Both the position numbers and the translations under genes were made by a program. A stretch of 64,000 nucleotides of DNA from positions 16,760-80,759 of the forward strand of contig CAYQJL010000018.1 in the NCBI GenBank assembly GCA_964417675.1, in the 5' to 3' direction. This DNA comes from an uncultured bacterium (lineage in GTDB: Bacteria; Eisenbacteria; RBG-16-71-46; CAIMUX01; WJJG01). How positions within the stretch are numbered: position 1 is the first letter of the stretch; each line of letters begins with the position of its first letter. A model generated the notes under the pieces. It saw nothing but the letters and a program-made list of their open reading frames with translations. It did not search any database and had not been told where the DNA came from. Positions 27,772 to 36,338 of the stretch are shown one piece after another.

Positions 27772-29992
27772 CGTTTCCCCGATCCCCGAACTCCGCATCC
27801 ATGATGATGGTGTCTCTACTGTAGAGGGATGCGCGGATATCCTCCTCGAACCGCTCCATCGCATCCGCTGGTAGCGAACCACTCTGCCGCAGCGCCCGCA
27901 CCCGGTGGCGAAAACTCTGGGCGAAGGTCACGTCAAGGACGGCGGCGGGGAGTCCCAGGGTGAGAATGATCGAGCATCCGGCCGCATTCATGGCCGCCAC
28001 GGTCTGAATCAATACCCGGTCGTTGCTGTCCGGCCCCGCGGACAGCTCGAAGAGTCCCAGCTGCTCGAAGGGGTTGTCGGGAACCTCCTCCATCCATGGG
28101 CGCAGCGGAAGGACGATGTGGCGGTAGCAGGGTTGCGCGCCGGGATCGAAAGAAAGCTCCTCGGTGCCATAGCGCGATGGTGGTTGCAGCTCGGCAGCCC
28201 CGTGAACGGTGTAGAAGTCCTCCACCTTGAGCACCAGCAGGCTCATCCCGCGGGTGGGGCCATGAAACCCCAGGGCGATGATCTCGCTACGGCCGTCGCC
28301 GTCCAGATCCCTGGCCGCCAGGTGCTCCAGATGGCCCGGATGTTCCAGCGACCGCTCGTGGTTGAAATCCTCGTCCAGGATCTGCAGCGCACAGCGCGCG
28401 GTCGGATTGAAAGTGATCGAGATCACGAGCTCCTGGTTGCCGTCCCCGTCCACATCCGCCACGAGACCTCGCTTCACGTTGTACAGATTGGCGGAGGTCT
28501 CGCGCACCGGAGCGTTCGGCAGCCAGGTCGAGACCGGCTGATACTTCGCCACCACTTGCCGGGTGGGAATGTGCAGGAGCATGACCCGCCCGTCTTTCCC
28601 ATCCTCGAAGTCTATGCTCTCGCCGAGCACCAGATAGGGACCCGGCCCCTTGAATCGCCCCACCTCCGGCACCAGCAAGGCAAATGCATATCGGCGCCCC
28701 TTCTCCGGCGTGAAATGCAGGTCCGCCATGCGCGGCACCCGCAACTGAAATCCGGCGCTGATGTGGCCGGGTGTGCTCACCTGCGCCAACTCCGGCGGCG
28801 GCCGCCAGAGGGGAAACCAGTACACTCCGATCTCATCGAGAAGACGCGGCGAGAGAAGCACCAGCCCCAATAGCATGATCGCCAGTATGCCGGCCGCGGC
28901 GAACCTCTGCAGCCGGGGCCGGCGGCAGGCCGCCAGGATCGCCGCCGGCACCTCGAGCGGGCACAGCAGCTGCGGGCGTTGAAACAGCTCGCGCAGGGTA
29001 CCGACCGTGTGGATCTCGCCCTCCCAGGCGATCTCGGCGGCAACCCGGCAGGCAAGATCCCCCTGGGTACGCGCCACGACAATGCCCGATAGGCCGGCCG
29101 CGCGCGCAACCTGAACCTTGGCCCGCAGCGAATCCGCGTCAACGTCCTGGACCTCCCCACTCGGGGAGAGCAGACCGGTCCAGGCCAGATCCGGCCGTGG
29201 CATCAGGCCGCGGCTGCGGCGCAGCAATCCGATCATGACGCCGCACATCGCGCTGCCCAACGCCAGCGAGACCGAACTGCCGGCCACCGGCATCTCCTTC
29301 TCGGGAAGGGAGAGCTCGAAGCCCAGGCGGTCGAGATCGATGCGGCCGAGCGCACGCCGGGACAACCCTTCGAGCGAACCGCCCGCGGCCGCGCACCGGC
29401 AGAGATCGTAGAGCGTATGACGCGCGATCATGCGGACATCGGCGGCCACATCTCCCAGGAGCCGGAGCCGATTGGAGCCACCCCCCAGGTTGGCATTGTT
29501 CCACACGACACGGGCATCCTGCGGTCCGAGCGCCCGCGCGGCCACTGTCACGGTGGTCAGGACGCCCAGATGGGGGACATCCGTCTCATGGGCGCCGGGC
29601 GGGAGCTCACAGACGAGCGGCACGGGCACCTGGATCAGAAAGGCACCATCGGCTCGCATCCCGGCCGGGGGCGCCGCGGAGGATGGCACAAGCCGCGCAA
29701 GGAGCGCAGCGACCTCCCCTTCCTCGATCTGCGCGTTTTCCCGGAGAAGGCCCAGGGCCTGCCGGAAAACGGCTGGCTCGGCCGAGTCCAAGGAGCAAGC
29801 CTGCGGTTCGCGCAGGGCGGCGACCAGGATCGCACCGGCCTCCTCCCAATAGGATGCGTACTCCCCGGCCGGGTTGGGAAGCGAGAGCAGGAAATTCGCG
29901 GCCGCCAGGGCCCGGGCCCGGGGCAGGCTGCACATCTGACAGAATGTGAGCAGGCGCTCGTAGGCGGCATCCACCTGATCGAAGCGATCCAT
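27761..29992 (-). CDS. Single-pass membrane protein: cytoplasmic Lon (S16) protease-like domain + TM + extracellular FG-GAP/VCBS repeats
   Basis: PVAGSSVSLALGSAM ~ Lon PKDGPSAG.A; DLAWTGLLSPSGEVQDV ~ DVAMTGEITLRGQVLPI; SLRAKVQVARAAGLSGIVV ~ GLKEKLLAA.RGGI..V. TM FAAAGILAIMLLGLVLL follows RRPRLQR. DVDGDGNQELVI and DLDGDGRSEII repeats. GGAG RBS before ATG 29992. Confidence 0.75.
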   Translation of the reverse strand: MDRFDQVDAAYERLLTFCQMCSLPRARALAAANFLLSLPNPAGEYASYWEEAGAILVAALREPQACSLDSAEPAVFRQALGLLRENAQIEEGEVAALLARLVPSSAAPPAGMRADGAFLIQVPVPLVCELPPGAHETDVPHLGVLTTVTVAARALGPQDARVVWNNANLGGGSNRLRLLGDVAADVRMIARHTLYDLCRCAAAGGSLEGLSRRALGRIDLDRLGFELSLPEKEMPVAGSSVSLALGSAMCGVMIGLLRRSRGLMPRPDLAWTGLLSPSGEVQDVDADSLRAKVQVARAAGLSGIVVARTQGDLACRVAAEIAWEGEIHTVGTLRELFQRPQLLCPLEVPAAILAACRRPRLQRFAAAGILAIMLLGLVLLSPRLLDEIGVYWFPLWRPPPELAQVSTPGHISAGFQLRVPRMADLHFTPEKGRRYAFALLVPEVGRFKGPGPYLVLGESIDFEDGKDGRVMLLHIPTRQVVAKYQPVSTWLPNAPVRETSANLYNVKRGLVADVDGDGNQELVISITFNPTARCALQILDEDFNHERSLEHPGHLEHLAARDLDGDGRSEIIALGFHGPTRGMSLLVLKVEDFYTVHGAAELQPPSRYGTEELSFDPGAQPCYRHIVLPLRPWMEEVPDNPFEQLGLFELSAGPDSNDRVLIQTVAAMNAAGCSIILTLGLPAAVLDVTFAQSFRHRVRALRQSGSLPADAMERFEEDIRASLYSRDTIIMDAEFGDRGNDGD

Positions 29993-30177
29993 CACGCTCC
30001 CAGCGCATCCGGAATCCACGGCCGCTACCGGCAGGGAACCATCACGGCATGGGTTGCATTCCACCGGGTCCTTCGGAACCTCACAGCTTCACGCACAACG
30101 ATATCTTCCACGTCCCACGAGAAAGGCTACGATGTACACTTGCCGCAGGCAAGCCGGGAATCGCTTGAAGATGCGAC

Positions 30178-31650
30178 TCATGGGTTGATCGGCCGCTTGG
30201 GTATCGCCGCCAGAAACTGAATCAGCTCCTCCACGCGCCGGCTCCATCCGGCCTGCCGGGCCAGCGCCAGCCGCTGTTGCACCTTGTTCTCCGACGGCGC
30301 CTCCGCCAGGCACGCGCGGATGGCGACTTCCAGCTCGTCCTGCGTGGCATACAGGTAGATGCAGTCCCGGTACGCCTTGAGCACACGACGGAAGGATGCC
30401 GCGATGGGCCGGCCGGTCGCGAGGTACTCGTATAGATTCAACCCCCGGACCGCCTCCAGGTGCGGCTCACGCCGGAGAGGCAAGATGAGGGCATCCGACG
30501 CGCCGACGATTTCGGCGGCCCGTTCCGGGCGCAGTGCCCCCAGGGGACGGATGCGCTCCGCGGGCAACCGCTGCAGGAGGGGAAGGCCGTCGGGACGAAC
30601 CTGCCCGACGAAGACAAAGAGCGGTTCAGGAACCGCCGCCATCATCGAGAGCAGATCTTCGTAAGAAATGCGGGCGTCCACATGCCCAAGGAAGGTGACC
30701 ATCGGACGCTCGGCGGGAATCTCCAACTCGCGCCGCAGGGCCTCGGCCCGCTCCTTGACGGTCGGATGGAAGAGGTCCAGATCGACCCCATGTTCAATGA
30801 CCGTCCGGGGGGCATCCGCGGCCAGATAACGGTCCCAGGATTCGATCATGTAGCGATGGTTCGCAATCATCCCGTCAGCACTCGGCAAGGCAACGCTCAG
30901 AGCCTCCCGATAGGCCTCGATGGCCGACCGCGAGGTGACCTGGGCCTCGAAATCCTCGCTGCAGTCGATGACCACCGGCACATTCGCCGCATTCTTGATG
31001 AACGGCACGAGCGCCGGGTGATCGCAATAGATGATCTCGGCCGCGAACGTCTCGCGCCCGGCACGGGCGCCCTTGCCCTGAACAATCTCCGAGGAAGGGC
31101 CGCCGACCAGGCGAACCACTTCCCGGCGGGCCATCTCCCCCCACAGCGCCCAGGCCTCCTTCAGCGTGGCGGCGTGGCGCACCTCGTCCGACTCGGGCAA
31201 CTCCCTCCGCCGCAGGTTCGTGGGGAGATCCACACCCCCCACGGCCTGCGCGAACGCCCCGTTGGATGGAGTCACCGGTGCGAACTCCGAGGAGCCGGCC
31301 GGGGGCGTGTCGGCCGGAGCCATGCCGGCCGGAGGCGTGTCGGCCGGAGCCATGCCGGCCGGAGGCGTGTCGGACGGAGCCATGCCGGCCGGAGGCGTGT
31401 CGGCCGGGGGCGTGTCGGCCGGAGCCATGCCGGCCGGGGGCGTGTCGGTTGCGGGTCTGTCGGCCGGAAGGGCGTCCCCCTGGGAAGGCGCTGCGGAGGC
31501 GAAGCGATCCGGTTCGTAGGCAGACCGGTAGGCGCTGGTCGGAGCCAGATACAGCACGTCATGTCCCTGGCGGGCCAGTCCGATCGCAAGCTGTTGCGGC
31601 CGGTGGCGCAGTCCGGCAAAGGGCGTATCCGTGACCATCAGAACCCGCAT
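30178..31650 (-). CDS. Glycosyltransferase (GT4/TuaH-like) with low-complexity insertion
   Basis: MRVLMV, RHRPQQLA..LARQGHDVLY, IEHGVD..LF, FLGHVDARI, LYEYLATGRPI. Confidence 0.85.
   Translation of the reverse strand: MRVLMVTDTPFAGLRHRPQQLAIGLARQGHDVLYLAPTSAYRSAYEPDRFASAAPSQGDALPADRPATDTPPAGMAPADTPPADTPPAGMAPSDTPPAGMAPADTPPAGMAPADTPPAGSSEFAPVTPSNGAFAQAVGGVDLPTNLRRRELPESDEVRHAATLKEAWALWGEMARREVVRLVGGPSSEIVQGKGARAGRETFAAEIIYCDHPALVPFIKNAANVPVVIDCSEDFEAQVTSRSAIEAYREALSVALPSADGMIANHRYMIESWDRYLAADAPRTVIEHGVDLDLFHPTVKERAEALRRELEIPAERPMVTFLGHVDARISYEDLLSMMAAVPEPLFVFVGQVRPDGLPLLQRLPAERIRPLGALRPERAAEIVGASDALILPLRREPHLEAVRGLNLYEYLATGRPIAASFRRVLKAYRDCIYLYATQDELEVAIRACLAEAPSENKVQQRLALARQAGWSRRVEELIQFLAAIPKRPINP
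31293..31450 (-). repeat. About 5 x 30-bp in-frame repeat (ADTPPAGMAP) inside the glycosyltransferase
   Basis: Recurrent gccggccggaggcgtgtcggccggagccat on the + strand. Confidence 0.85.
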
Positions 31651-31844
31651 CGCGATCCTCCCTGTTTGCGGCGAGCCCACCCCAAACGCGCTCGACCAAG
31701 GAAGCGATGATGGGACAACTTCCTGCCCTGGTCCAGGATGTTCTGGCGGCCGGCCCCCTTCGAGACGATCGCACGATCATGGAACAGGTCCGCCGTCGGC
31801 GGACGCCCAACGCACCAGGAAGGCAGGCATGCAGCAGGGGGAGG

Positions 31845-31926
31845 CGCGGCCTGAGCCACCGGGCGGGAACGCGGCCTGAGGCAACGGGCGGGAACGCGGC
31901 CTGAGCCACCGGGCGGGAACGTGGCC
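31845..31926. repeat. 3.3 x 25-bp intergenic tandem repeat
   Basis: CGCGGCCTGAGCCACCGGGCGGGAA repeated, with one variant copy. Confidence 0.8.
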
Positions 31927-32002
31927 CAAGGGGACCGGGGGGCGAGATCCGGCCTGTCGCACAGAGGAGCCGACGCGTGTTTGGCAAGCGGGGATCACAC
32001 CA

Positions 32003-33892
32003 CTAGGGTCGCCCGACTCGTTCCAGAAGCGTCACGCCCCAGAGATGGCTTTCGTGCGGAGCATCCGCGTTCCAGTCACCGAACGAGTGGGAACCGTCGG
32101 TCTGGTAGCAGAGCGAGTACTCTCCCGGCTCGAGGATCATCAGCCGCTCGGCGCGCCGGTTCTTCTTGGCGCCCCCCGCATGCCGGGTATCTTCGTACAG
32201 CATCTCCCACACCTTCTGGCCAGTGTCGCTGCGCTCCAACCACCCGAAGTCGTGCATCTTGCCGGCCGACCCCTCGCCCAGGGCGATGATCTGAACCGCT
32301 GTGGGTTCCTTGACGCTGAATGCCACCCGGCGGCTGGCACTGTCCCCCAGGGGCGCCAGCTGGATCAAGGTGACCGGTCCTTCGCCCGGGCCTAGCCGGC
32401 GCACCGATTCCGGAGAGAAGTCCTCTCCCATGCCGCGCAGCGAGATCCCCCATGCGGCCGGATCATAGGGCGCTTCCTTGGACCAGCCATCCGCTGAATG
32501 GGCGTAGTCGGACACATAGCACAGGTAGTAGTCGCCCGGGGACAGACGCAGCTGTTCCTGGACCCTCCGATTGCGGGCCTCGCCGCCGGCATAGACGCCG
32601 CGCTCATAGCGCATCGACCACAGCGTCTCCAGGCTGACCGCATCCTCGATCCACCCGTAGTCGAGCCCCTCACTCTCGTTGAATGACCACTCGCCCTGCG
32701 CACTCACACAGATGTCCATGGGCTGGCGCACCGAGAAGCCAACGCGATGGAACTCGGCATCGCCCACCCGTTCGATCGCCAGGAAGCGATTCTCATCCGG
32801 CGGGTCAAGGCGCACGGCAACGGCGGAGGCCGGCAGGGGCTGCACCGGGGTCAAGCTGATCCCCCAGGACTCAGGATCGTAGGGCGGCTGCATGTTCCAA
32901 CGATCGTAGGCATGCGTTTCGTCGGTCGCATAGCAGACCAGATAGCGGCCGGCCTTCAGGGTAACCTCACTGTCGAAGACACGGTTCTTCTTGGCGCCAC
33001 CGGCGGGCTCGGTATTGGTCAGGGTCATCTCCCAGATGCGGCCGCACCCGTCGCGGTCTTCGATCCAGGCCCCGTCGGCAAAGGCCTGTTCCCGCGCCCA
33101 GTACTCCCCGGTGGCCAGGATCCGAAGGCGGGCATCCTGTTGCAGGACAAGCTCCGCCTGTAGCAACTGGTTGGAGGGAACGCGGCGGAAGGAGAGGATC
33201 TCGTTGCTCTCCACCGGGCGGGCGGGCGAGCAGAACGCGGTCGGTGGGAAGGTCGCATCGGCGGCCCGGATCGAAACACGCCACTCCTTGTGGTCTCCAT
33301 ACCGATCCCACGGCACCATGACGCCGCCACGGATATCGACCCGGCCCAGCTCGAAGAGCTTCAGGAACTTGATCTTCTTCTTCAGGGGGAAGGACCCCCC
33401 ATGAGCACTGAAGTACAGGGCGTAGTTGCCAGCGGGCAGACGCATGCGCCGGCGGGCCTCGACATTGTCACCGCGCAGCGACTCGACTTCCTCAATGGTC
33501 ATTTCCCAAACGACGCGCCGGGTATCGAGATCGATCAGCCAGGGATAGCTGAAGAGGAAGCCATCCTCCTGCGAGCCGGCGGCCACGGCTTCGATGTCCA
33601 CCTCGGTGTCGCGATCGAGCGTGAAGGACTCTCGATAGAGACCCTCCCCGGGAATCGACTTGATCGCGGCGATCACCGGTCCCTTGGCCGCGGCGGAGTC
33701 GACGCCGCCGGCCAGCATGGCGACCAGGGCGGCCAGGGCCGCCAGGGTGACAATGCCCCCCCGTTTCACCCGTCGATCGGGTACCCGGATGCGTGAAGAT
33801 CCCACTGTGATCACCTCGCTTCCATTCGAGATTGCGCCCGAAACCGCCGCCGCTCGTCCAACCCGAGGGAATCCTCCTCCCCGCCTGGCCAT
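32003..33892 (-). CDS. Secreted hypothetical protein with four tandem about 135-aa beta-rich repeats (GGAxKNR)
   Basis: Signal-like LAALAALVAMLAGG; repeats A.GE..D.GW.E....WEM.....AGGA.KNR.....L.PG.Y...Y.TD..H....W...P. True start probably downstream of 33892. Confidence 0.7.
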   Translation of the reverse strand: MARRGGGFPRVGRAAAVSGAISNGSEVITVGSSRIRVPDRRVKRGGIVTLAALAALVAMLAGGVDSAAAKGPVIAAIKSIPGEGLYRESFTLDRDTEVDIEAVAAGSQEDGFLFSYPWLIDLDTRRVVWEMTIEEVESLRGDNVEARRRMRLPAGNYALYFSAHGGSFPLKKKIKFLKLFELGRVDIRGGVMVPWDRYGDHKEWRVSIRAADATFPPTAFCSPARPVESNEILSFRRVPSNQLLQAELVLQQDARLRILATGEYWAREQAFADGAWIEDRDGCGRIWEMTLTNTEPAGGAKKNRVFDSEVTLKAGRYLVCYATDETHAYDRWNMQPPYDPESWGISLTPVQPLPASAVAVRLDPPDENRFLAIERVGDAEFHRVGFSVRQPMDICVSAQGEWSFNESEGLDYGWIEDAVSLETLWSMRYERGVYAGGEARNRRVQEQLRLSPGDYYLCYVSDYAHSADGWSKEAPYDPAAWGISLRGMGEDFSPESVRRLGPGEGPVTLIQLAPLGDSASRRVAFSVKEPTAVQIIALGEGSAGKMHDFGWLERSDTGQKVWEMLYEDTRHAGGAKKNRRAERLMILEPGEYSLCYQTDGSHSFGDWNADAPHESHLWGVTLLERVGRP

Positions 33893-33916
33893 CCCTACCA
33901 GCCCAGTACGCCCCCG

Positions 33917-34813
33917 TCACCCGCAAGTTGCGTCGCCCCCGCGATGCGTCAGGCCTCCCGAGCCGGCCCGGAGGGTCTCCAGTGCTTCGTACGGGCAACC
34001 ATCTGGCCTCCCAATTCCTTCCAAGCAAATCAGTTCCCTGCGCCGGCCCCGCTGGCGCCCGGTCAGATCCGCTACATCGACCAACACACCTCGTTCGCAG
34101 TGCAGGCACCGCTCGGGTTGTCCCTCCAGCCGCACGGCGCCCACCCGATCGAGCAGCGCCTGCTCCCAGATCAGAGGCGCCTGACCGCCACGATCCTCGA
34201 TGTGGATCCTGCGCGGCCGGGCCACGACCAACCGCCCGCGGTCGAGGGCAAGCTCTCCCTCGGCCTCGAGGCGATCCCCCTCGGCCAGGCGCAGCCGCTG
34301 CTGCTGTCCGCTGCTGAGGCGCAGGAAGATCGGATCGGCGAACCCCTGCCGGCCCGCGAAGGAAGGACACAGCCGCGCCAGGAAGCCGAGCAGACGAAGG
34401 CGGCTGCGCCGGCCGTCCTCCTCACGGACCAGGCGTGGACGAACCGCGCTCACCGTGCCGCCCACTTCCAGAATGCGTCCCTGCTGGTCTTCCAGCCACT
34501 CGTCGAAGATACGGCATTCCTCCAGGAAGGCGCGGTACTGCTCCTCGCTGACCTGAAGCTCGGGCAGGCGCTGGATCTTCTCCTCCTCGTAGAAGCGGCA
34601 ATGGTTGCAGTTGTTGCCCACGTGCTTGTAGCCCTTCGGGCAGGCGCCCCCCTTGCCGAGCCGCTGGCACTTCCAGCGAAAGTCCAGGCAGCCCTCCGGG
34701 AAGCACTCCTTCTCCCTGAGGACGTGATAGGCGGAAACCAGATGGCCAAACCCGCGATGTGACTCGTGCCGGCAGAGGAAGATGTCTTCCCGCTTGTACG
34801 GATTGCGCATCAT
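33917..34813 (-). CDS. Cys/His-rich hypothetical protein, possible Zn-binding + OB-fold
   Basis: CRHESH, CFPEGC, C..C...CNHC and C-terminal CLHC...C...C; central beta-rich segment EVGGTVSAVRP...GDRLEAEGEL. Confidence 0.6.
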   Translation of the reverse strand: MMRNPYKREDIFLCRHESHRGFGHLVSAYHVLREKECFPEGCLDFRWKCQRLGKGGACPKGYKHVGNNCNHCRFYEEEKIQRLPELQVSEEQYRAFLEECRIFDEWLEDQQGRILEVGGTVSAVRPRLVREEDGRRSRLRLLGFLARLCPSFAGRQGFADPIFLRLSSGQQQRLRLAEGDRLEAEGELALDRGRLVVARPRRIHIEDRGGQAPLIWEQALLDRVGAVRLEGQPERCLHCERGVLVDVADLTGRQRGRRRELICLEGIGRPDGCPYEALETLRAGSGGLTHRGGDATCG

Positions 34814-35130
34814 GGCGTCTGCCCCCCAGGTTCGACTACCCCCTCCCGGTTGCCGGGATCCTCCATTCTAGAACGTTTGGGCCGCGATGCCAGCCCGCGG
34901 TTCGGCGCCGGGATCCCGCCCCGTGATCGGCCGCTTTGCTCCGGGGCGCACGCCGGCGTGTTGATTCACGCGCCCGGACGGTGGTCGTGGTGGACGGGGC
35001 TCGGCCGCATCCAGTATCCTTCCCTGTTTCCCGCGTCGTTGCCCGGCGTTGCTCTCGATGGGCGGAAGAGAACGCACGCAGCCGGCGGCGATCAGAGTCG
35101 AATCGACCGGAAGCAAATGCAGGAGGAGCC

Positions 35131-36336
35131 ATGCCGGACCAGGCTTTCGCCGGCCGAGAGGCCAAGGCGGATCTGAAGGTTGTCATGCACAGGGGAGGCC
35201 CGCCGGAGAACGAGATCGTGATCCAGAGTTCAGCCCAACGGCTGTTCGGCGATCGCATTCGTGAGGTCGCCAGACAGACGCTGGCCACGCTGGGCATCAC
35301 GGACACCCGCGTGGAACTCTTCGATCAAGCGGCCTTCGATTGGGTCATCATGGCGCGATTGGAAACCGCGGCCAAGCGTCTCTATCCCGACCTGAACGGT
35401 GAAGCGCTCCCGGAGTGGGGCGGCGATCCCAAGCCCACCGGACGGGACCGCATGCGCCGCTCGCGCCTCTACCTGCCCGGCAACAATCCGGATCTGATGT
35501 TCAACGCCGGGCTCTTCGGCCCCGACGGCGTGATTCTCGACCTGGAAGACTCGGTGGCGCCCGCCGAGAAGGATGCCGCCCGGATCCTGGTGCGCAATGC
35601 TCTGCGGGCCGTCGACTTCGGCGACGCCGAGCGGATGGTGCGCATCAATCCGGCGCCGGAAGGCATGAAGGATCTGCCGGCGATCATTGCGCAGCGGCCC
35701 AACATGATCCTGCTCCCCAAGGCTGAGCAGGCCTCCGACATCTCCGAAACCGTCAATGCGATCAGTCAGATTGCGACGCGCCACAAAATTCAGGATCCGG
35801 TCTGGATCATGCCCATCCTGGAGACGGCCAAAGGCGTGTGGAATGCCTACGCCATCGGTACGGCCTCCGACCAGGTCGCCGCCCTGGCGTTTGGCGCCGA
35901 GGATTTCACCCGTGATGTACAAGCCGCCCGCACCGTCGAGGGCCGCGAGAGCTTCACGGCCCGCTCAATGGTGGTTCTGGGCGCCCGCGCCGCCGGCCTG
36001 CAGCCGATCGACACGGTCTTCTCCGATGTCGAGGATGAGGCCGGGCTGCTCTCATCTGTGAAAGAGGCCATCTCGCTCGGATTCGAGGGCAAGGGCTGCA
36101 TTCATCCACGCCAGATCGCTGTGATTCACCAGGCCTTCCGGCCGACGGACGAAGACATCCGGCACGCGCTCAACGTCAAGGCCGCCATGGAGGAGGCCGA
36201 GCGGACCGGCTCGGGGGTCATCAGCCTGGGTTCGAAGATGGTGGATCCGCCGGTCGTCGCGCGCGCCCTGCGTGTGCTGCGCGTGGCCGAGGAGATGGGC
36301 ATCGATGTGCGCGCCTTGGCGCCGGAGGGGGTGTAG
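35131..36336 (+). CDS. citE: Citrate lyase ACP-like domain (CitD) fused to citryl-CoA lyase beta subunit (CitE)
   Basis: N-terminus S..QRLFGDRIREV...L..LGI....V...D..A.DWVIMARLETA (CitD-like); then RRSRLYLPGNNP, ILDLEDSVAP.EKDAAR, FGAEDF, GKGCIHPRQI; GGAGGAG RBS. Confidence 0.9.
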   Translation: MPDQAFAGREAKADLKVVMHRGGPPENEIVIQSSAQRLFGDRIREVARQTLATLGITDTRVELFDQAAFDWVIMARLETAAKRLYPDLNGEALPEWGGDPKPTGRDRMRRSRLYLPGNNPDLMFNAGLFGPDGVILDLEDSVAPAEKDAARILVRNALRAVDFGDAERMVRINPAPEGMKDLPAIIAQRPNMILLPKAEQASDISETVNAISQIATRHKIQDPVWIMPILETAKGVWNAYAIGTASDQVAALAFGAEDFTRDVQAARTVEGRESFTARSMVVLGARAAGLQPIDTVFSDVEDEAGLLSSVKEAISLGFEGKGCIHPRQIAVIHQAFRPTDEDIRHALNVKAAMEEAERTGSGVISLGSKMVDPPVVARALRVLRVAEEMGIDVRALAPEGV

Positions 36337-36338
36337 TC

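Noticed and set aside
27761-29992. Housekeeping Lon, RadA or ComM/Mg-chelatase assignment for the Lon-like gene
   Set aside because: It has no Walker A/B ATPase module, and it has a TM helix and FG-GAP repeats that those proteins lack.
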